Shown here in pieces: positions 26,366-30,326 of a stretch of 30,326 nucleotides of DNA (position 1 is its first letter; each line of letters opens with the position of its first letter). The notes beneath the pieces were generated by a model, which did not search any database, was not told the origin of the DNA, and worked only from the letters and a program-made list of their open reading frames with translations. The position numbers and the translations under genes are program-made. Location: the IMG/VR virus record IMGVR_UViG_3300034018_000714. One strand, 5' to 3'. Origin of the DNA: an uncultured virus (IMG/VR IMGVR_UViG_3300034018_000714) (taxonomy: Duplodnaviria > Heunggongvirae > Uroviricota > Caudoviricetes).

Positions 26366-26911
26366 TTAAGCGTTGACTTCTGATTGTTGCAATTTGTTGA
26401 TGACCGCCTCAAGCATGAGGTTCATCCAGTACTTGTCATTGAGGTGGAATGGTTTGACCTCAAATGACTCACCGAGGAATGCGTTGAGGGTTGACACCTT
26501 GCGCTCCAGTTCGTGGTGCTCTGCCAACTTGCGCTGAATGAGGCGCTCAGTCTTCAGCAACTCGTACTGGAGGAAGTTGTCCATGGTCAGCAGGACAGCC
26601 TTGCCCAACTCATCGTCATAGCGATGCACGGGGTTCGCAATCTGACTGGGCAAGAACGACTCGGTGTAGGTGCTATCCACGATGCGGTCAGGCTGTGCTG
26701 GGATCAATTCACCGTCATAACCAGTGTGCTCGCCTTGAGCAGACTTGAAGAAGACACGGACAACGGTGACCGTCTTCATCGTCTTGCGCTGTGAGCCGTA
26801 GGTACGGCGCTCACCGAATCCAGTGATGCGGTAGTAGCCGTTGTGGTTGTTGACCTCAAACAGCGTGTTCGGGTCATTCGCTACAGCGAGGGTGATGTCT
26901 AGAAGTTTCAT
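26366..26911 (-). CDS. hypothetical protein
   Basis: AAGGAG RBS before ATG 26911. Confidence 0.7.
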   Translation of the reverse strand: MKLLDITLAVANDPNTLFEVNNHNGYYRITGFGERRTYGSQRKTMKTVTVVRVFFKSAQGEHTGYDGELIPAQPDRIVDSTYTESFLPSQIANPVHRYDDELGKAVLLTMDNFLQYELLKTERLIQRKLAEHHELERKVSTLNAFLGESFEVKPFHLNDKYWMNLMLEAVINKLQQSEVNA

Positions 26912-26931
26912 TGGTGCTCCTTGTTGATAGT

Positions 26932-27009
26932 GGGCGATTGCCCTCAGAAGACACCGACCGAAGCCGATGTCCTCTGAGGACACCACAGGCTGGGGGAGCC
27001 TGTGATGCC
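26932..27009 (-). ncRNA. three-way-junction RNA-like element, copy 4
   Basis: GGC / TCACAGGCT-CCCCC-AGCCTGTGG / TGTCCTCAGAGGACATCGG-CTTCGG-TCGGTGTCTTCTGAGGGCA / GCC. Confidence 0.65.
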
Positions 27010-27020
27010 TTGGGGGTCAG

Positions 27021-27191
27021 TTACAGATACACGGTGATGGCTCGGTCAACCTCCCCGATTTCCCAGTGGTGGTTGTTCGTCTCTTCAGGGTCAAAGTCAC
27101 GAGCGATGGCGACTGCCTGCTCCTGTGACTCAGCCTCCACCACTGCGGTGTATGTCTGCCCGATGATTACTTGAACTTCGTATTTTGCCAT
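27021..27191 (-). CDS. small hypothetical protein (DpnD/PcfM-like)
   Basis: AAGGAGG RBS; KYEVQV...YTAVVEAESQEQAVAIA. Confidence 0.7.
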   Translation of the reverse strand: MAKYEVQVIIGQTYTAVVEAESQEQAVAIARDFDPEETNNHHWEIGEVDRAITVYL

Positions 27192-27204
27192 TGTGTGTGC
27201 CTCC

Positions 27205-27507
27205 TTAGGCGTTGGTTGATGGGTCGGTGAGTAGGTCGTCATTGATGGTCTTCTGCAACTTGCGAGCCCAACGCTCAACCTTCTTGCTGAGTTCGTTGGT
27301 GTCCGTGAATCGGAATGGGTAACTGGTGTGCTGGAACCAGTCACCATCGTGCACATAGTGCTCGCTCAGGTCGTTGTCATCGTCCGTGTAGAACGGTGTG
27401 TCCAGCAACTGCTCAAGTGACTCAAGGTCACTGGCGATGCGGAGCGCAGTGGTCACCAAACGGTGGCGCAGGCGCTGTTCCTTGGTCATGTCTTCTGTGA
27501 TGTTCAT
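27205..27507 (-). CDS. hypothetical protein
   Basis: ATGA coupling with upstream gene. Confidence 0.65.
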   Translation of the reverse strand: MNITEDMTKEQRLRHRLVTTALRIASDLESLEQLLDTPFYTDDDNDLSEHYVHDGDWFQHTSYPFRFTDTNELSKKVERWARKLQKTINDDLLTDPSTNA

Positions 27508-27773
27508 TGGGTTACTTCTTTCTTGTTGTTGATTGCTGTGAGCCACTCGGTCTCGGTCACTGTCTGACCGTTCACGATGTAAAAGGCGTTGGTGACTTGA
27601 CCGTCAATGACAGGCGCCAGTTGGTAGACATGGGCGTTGTTCTCTTCCTCCATGTGCTGGGCAATCCATTGCTCGGCAAGGAATGCGTTGTCATGGTAGG
27701 TAGTGACTTGTGCTGTGCAGTCACCCTTGCGGATGCCAGCCACTCTGACTCGTGTTTCTGTTGGTGTTTCCAT
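27504..27773 (-). CDS. hypothetical protein
   Basis: AAGGAG RBS before ATG 27773. Confidence 0.65.
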   Translation of the reverse strand: METPTETRVRVAGIRKGDCTAQVTTYHDNAFLAEQWIAQHMEEENNAHVYQLAPVIDGQVTNAFYIVNGQTVTETEWLTAINNKKEVTQ

Positions 27774-27792
27774 TGTTGTTCTCCTTGGTTGT

Positions 27793-28335
27793 TCAGAATG
27801 GGTAGAGGTCATCGTTGACCCAGTAGCGGTTGTTCGGAATCTGTGGCTGAGCGTTGCTGTCGCCACGCTGACGCAGTCGCATCGTGACGCAGGCGTCCAC
27901 CAGTTCTCGGTATGCCTGCTCAGTGGTCGGTACGAATGGAATCTCTTGGCGATACTCAAGGTCTCCAGCGTTCAGCAACCACAGTGGCAACTCAAGGCGA
28001 CCATTGTGTTCTGCCCAGTGCCACAAGGCATCCCAGCCCTGCGATGAGCCGATTGGCATCTCGCCACCCTTGTTGTCACCGTCACACCAGTTCGCACTGT
28101 CACCGACCCACACTGACAAGCCCCTGCCCTTCTTGTCGGTCACAAGAATCGGCAACGCAGTGCCTGCCCACTTGCGGTCAATGTTGGCGTCAAGGCGAGC
28201 GCAGTACTTCTCAAACTTCTCGCTCGGTGACCATGAGTACTTGTATCGGAACTCAACGACACCGATGTCACCGAAGACATCGGACAGTTCCTTGATTCGC
28301 TTGGTCTTCGTAATTGCGTATTGGTAAACGCCCAT
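27793..28335 (-). CDS. hypothetical protein
   Basis: AAGGAG RBS. Confidence 0.7.
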   Translation of the reverse strand: MGVYQYAITKTKRIKELSDVFGDIGVVEFRYKYSWSPSEKFEKYCARLDANIDRKWAGTALPILVTDKKGRGLSVWVGDSANWCDGDNKGGEMPIGSSQGWDALWHWAEHNGRLELPLWLLNAGDLEYRQEIPFVPTTEQAYRELVDACVTMRLRQRGDSNAQPQIPNNRYWVNDDLYPF

Positions 28336-28354
28336 TGTGGTTCTCCTTTGTTGT

Positions 28355-28428
28355 GGACAATGTCCTCACCATGCACCGACCGAAGCCGATGCACAGTGAG
28401 GACACCAGCGCCGTGAGGCGCTGATGCC
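28355..28428 (-). ncRNA. three-way-junction RNA-like element, copy 5
   Basis: GGCA / TCAGCGCC-TCAC-GGCGCTGG / TGTCCTCACTGTGCATCGG-CTTCGG-TCGGTGCATGGTGAGGACA / TGTC. Confidence 0.65.
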
Positions 28429-28451
28429 GAGTTGATCAATTTGTGTGTGTG

Positions 28452-28853
28452 TTACTTCTGAAAGTACGAATGAATCTCAACCATCCCAGCACCGACCAGC
28501 ACCTTGTTGGCGCTGGCAAGTGCAGTGCGACAGCCGTTGATGGTCTTCGTGATGTCAGGGTGATTATCACCCTCACGGCGCATCTCAATGTGATTCTCCA
28601 AGTAGTAAGCAACCTCACGAGCGAACGCTTCAACAGCGCCCAGCGTGAGGTGTGCCTCGTAAGTGCTTGAGGACTTGCGCTTGACAACGACTGATGCATT
28701 GTCAACCGCAATGGTTACCTCGTGAAGTTCAGGCTCTTCTGTTGGGTCAACTTGTGACTCAAGAATCGCTTGAAACTCACCTCGCACATGTGAGTTGAAT
28801 CGGACTGGATGGTGAATGGTCACTGTGCCGTCATCGTTCAGTGTGTAGTTCAT
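28452..28853 (-). CDS. hypothetical protein, first gene of the - strand block
   Basis: AAGGAG RBS before ATG 28853. Confidence 0.7.
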   Translation of the reverse strand: MNYTLNDDGTVTIHHPVRFNSHVRGEFQAILESQVDPTEEPELHEVTIAVDNASVVVKRKSSSTYEAHLTLGAVEAFAREVAYYLENHIEMRREGDNHPDITKTINGCRTALASANKVLVGAGMVEIHSYFQK

Positions 28854-28874
28854 GCGGTGCTCCTTGTTAAGGGG

Positions 28875-29047
28875 AACGGATTGTCCGTCCCCAGCACCCA
28901 TCAAACGAGTTGTTGCCAGACTCTGGCGTTCAATTACTTGCCTCCCAAGTGATGCGCCAGTTACTGGCAACAACTCTCATGGGGGAGGCTTCCATGCTGA
29001 TGAATGCTGGGCACGGAGCCGAGGGGCTTATGCCCCCCGACACCGTT
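28875..29047 (-). ncRNA. three-way-junction RNA-like element, copy 6 (expanded P3 arm)
   Basis: AACGG / TCGGGGGC-ATAA-GCCCCTCGG / TCCGTGCCCAGCATTCATC...GATGGGTGCTGGGGACGGA / CCGTT, with inner 13-bp stem GAGTTGTTGCCAG/CTGGCAACAACTC. Confidence 0.5.
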
Positions 29048-29910
29048 GCATGACCTGACCGCATCACCATGTGGGGGCTTTCCAATGACTTAGAGCCACA
29101 GCCAGCGCAAGCACTGACTGTTTTATCCCGATGATGCGGTATGCGAATCGTTTCCCCGTCATGGGTGAAGTTTGGCGCCAAACACTTTCGGTGTTTCAGT
29201 AACGCCAATTCATCTGTGTAGGTCACAGTGTTGCCACTGTCCGTTGGTAGTTAGTCCATAAAGCGACAATGTGTCGCACCGCTGAAGCCATCGCACCCTC
29301 GCACTCGTAACTGATTCGCCTACACCATTGCCTGTCCTGCAAAGGCTCCTTGGAGCAAGTGACCCACTAAGGGGTCAACGACCCACTATGGGGTCAACAC
29401 AATGCAGTGTCAGCGTTGGACTGGGCGTCAGTGGGTCATCTCGCAGTATCCGCACCATGTCGCCCGTAATCTCCGCACCGTGAGGTGAGAAGAATGCGAG
29501 CGCCAAATAGGTATGTGAGGACTTACGAGAGCCGAACGAATGCCAAATGAATCTTCTGATTCGCATATCTCTTGTAGATAGTTCGCCCAACTTCTTACTA
29601 ACTCATGTCCAGCAGGAAAGGCTTCGCAGGCTTGCGCCTCCACCATTCCTGCCTGTGCGCTTGGCGCATCTGAGTGTCTCCCAGCGAATGCGAGCCATGG
29701 GCTCTGCTGAGGAAGAACATCTTCGGAACTATCTGAAATTGTCAAGGGACGAACTGGATTCCATGAACCGTGGAGGCAACTGAATCTGAACTGCAATGCC
29801 CAAGGACTTAGGGCAGGACAGGAACAGGGCGCTATGGGAGTGGGCAAAGCCCAGCCATCAAGAACACGGCGGAATCTTCAGTTGGAAAAGAGCGCCCCGA
29901 AGGGCACAGC
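29048..29910 (-). ncRNA. candidate large structured non-coding RNA or long structured leader
   Basis: No credible CDS; nested long-range helices and UUCG/GNRA tetraloop hairpins on the - strand. Confidence 0.5.
29361..29398. repeat. tandem 19-bp repeat x2
   Basis: GACCCACTAAGGGGTCAAC / GACCCACTATGGGGTCAAC. Confidence 0.85.
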
Positions 29911-29913
29911 AAA

Positions 29914-29944
29914 AGTCTCCCACAAGGGGGGGGTGGTGTGTCAA
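29914..29944 (-). promoter_or_regulatory. possible promoter for the - strand block
   Basis: TTGACA-19 nt (contains C8 run)-GAGACT; AT-rich tract upstream; spacing and -10 are non-optimal. Confidence 0.4.
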
Positions 29945-30326
29945 TAGTTTTCAAACAATTTTTCTGATTTCTTTTGAGCCATATGTGGCAAGGGTCTGAG
30001 GGACAGAGGGCGCTGGAAAGGGCGCCCAAACCGTTCCTACGGGCTCTGAATGCCATTGAGGGGGACAGGGAAGGGAGGGGGGGAGAGAGGGGCTGAGAGG
30101 GGCTCTGAGTGGGGTCAGAGGGGATCAAATGTGTGTGGGCTGGGCTGGGGAATGATTGGTGCTTGGTGGGGTACCTGTGGGGGTATACCTGCCCCCCTCG
30201 CCCTCTCGTGTGTGCCCCCGATTCCATAGCCCCAGCCGTAGTGCATGACCATGCAGTCATTTATGCATAAAAAGTGATCAATTTTGGTGATTTCCCTTAC
30301 GCCACAAGGGTTTCCGCCGATGTATG

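Noticed and set aside
16164..28670. Numerous + strand ORFs over the - strand block (e.g. 16164-16823, 23400-23897, 25296-25844)
   Set aside because: Antisense shadows of genes with clear RBSs and motifs; no RBS or recognisable domains.
20380..29047. Repeated elements as hammerhead ribozymes, tRNAs or intrinsic terminators
   Set aside because: No complete CUGANGA/GAAA core, no cloverleaf or T-loop, and no U-tract after the stems on the coding strand.
29500..29570. Group II intron domain V-like GAGCCG
   Set aside because: Following sequence does not form the D5 hairpin, and no RT/maturase or interrupted gene is present.
28930..30260. ORFs 28930-29226, 29375-29590, 29428-29847, 29547-29783, 29796-29999, 29832-30260
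   Set aside because: No AAGGAG RBS, atypical composition, mutually overlapping; region better explained as structured non-coding sequence, though small peptides cannot be excluded.
30310..30326. Possible dif-like or att site at window end
   Set aside because: Only a partial resemblance, truncated by the window edge, and no integrase in the window.

Overview
A 30.3-kb segment of a dsDNA tailed-phage genome, most likely infecting Actinomycetota (two WhiB genes, an Rpf-type transglycosylase, DUF932). It has three parts. (1) 1-16302 is a mostly + strand block. It holds recombination genes (RecA, two PD-(D/E)XK resolvase-like nucleases, a Cas4-like exonuclease), SpoVS, a run of ~14 small low-complexity proteins with duplicated N-termini, a possible degenerate TGT-fold protein, HAD and DUF6378 genes, WhiB and Rpf. 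(2) 16329-28853 is a tightly packed - strand block of small genes with strong AAGGAG RBSs, including a second WhiB, DUF932, an SNF2-like helicase and DUF6011. (3) 28854-30326 is ~1.4 kb with no convincing protein gene. The most striking signals are non-coding. A covarying three-way-junction RNA-like element occurs six times on the - strand, each just upstream of an RBS. There is also a ~0.85-1 kb densely base-paired candidate large ncRNA at the head of the - strand block, and a long structured leader in front of rpf. All calls come from reading the sequence and recalled family motifs; no searches or folding programs were run.
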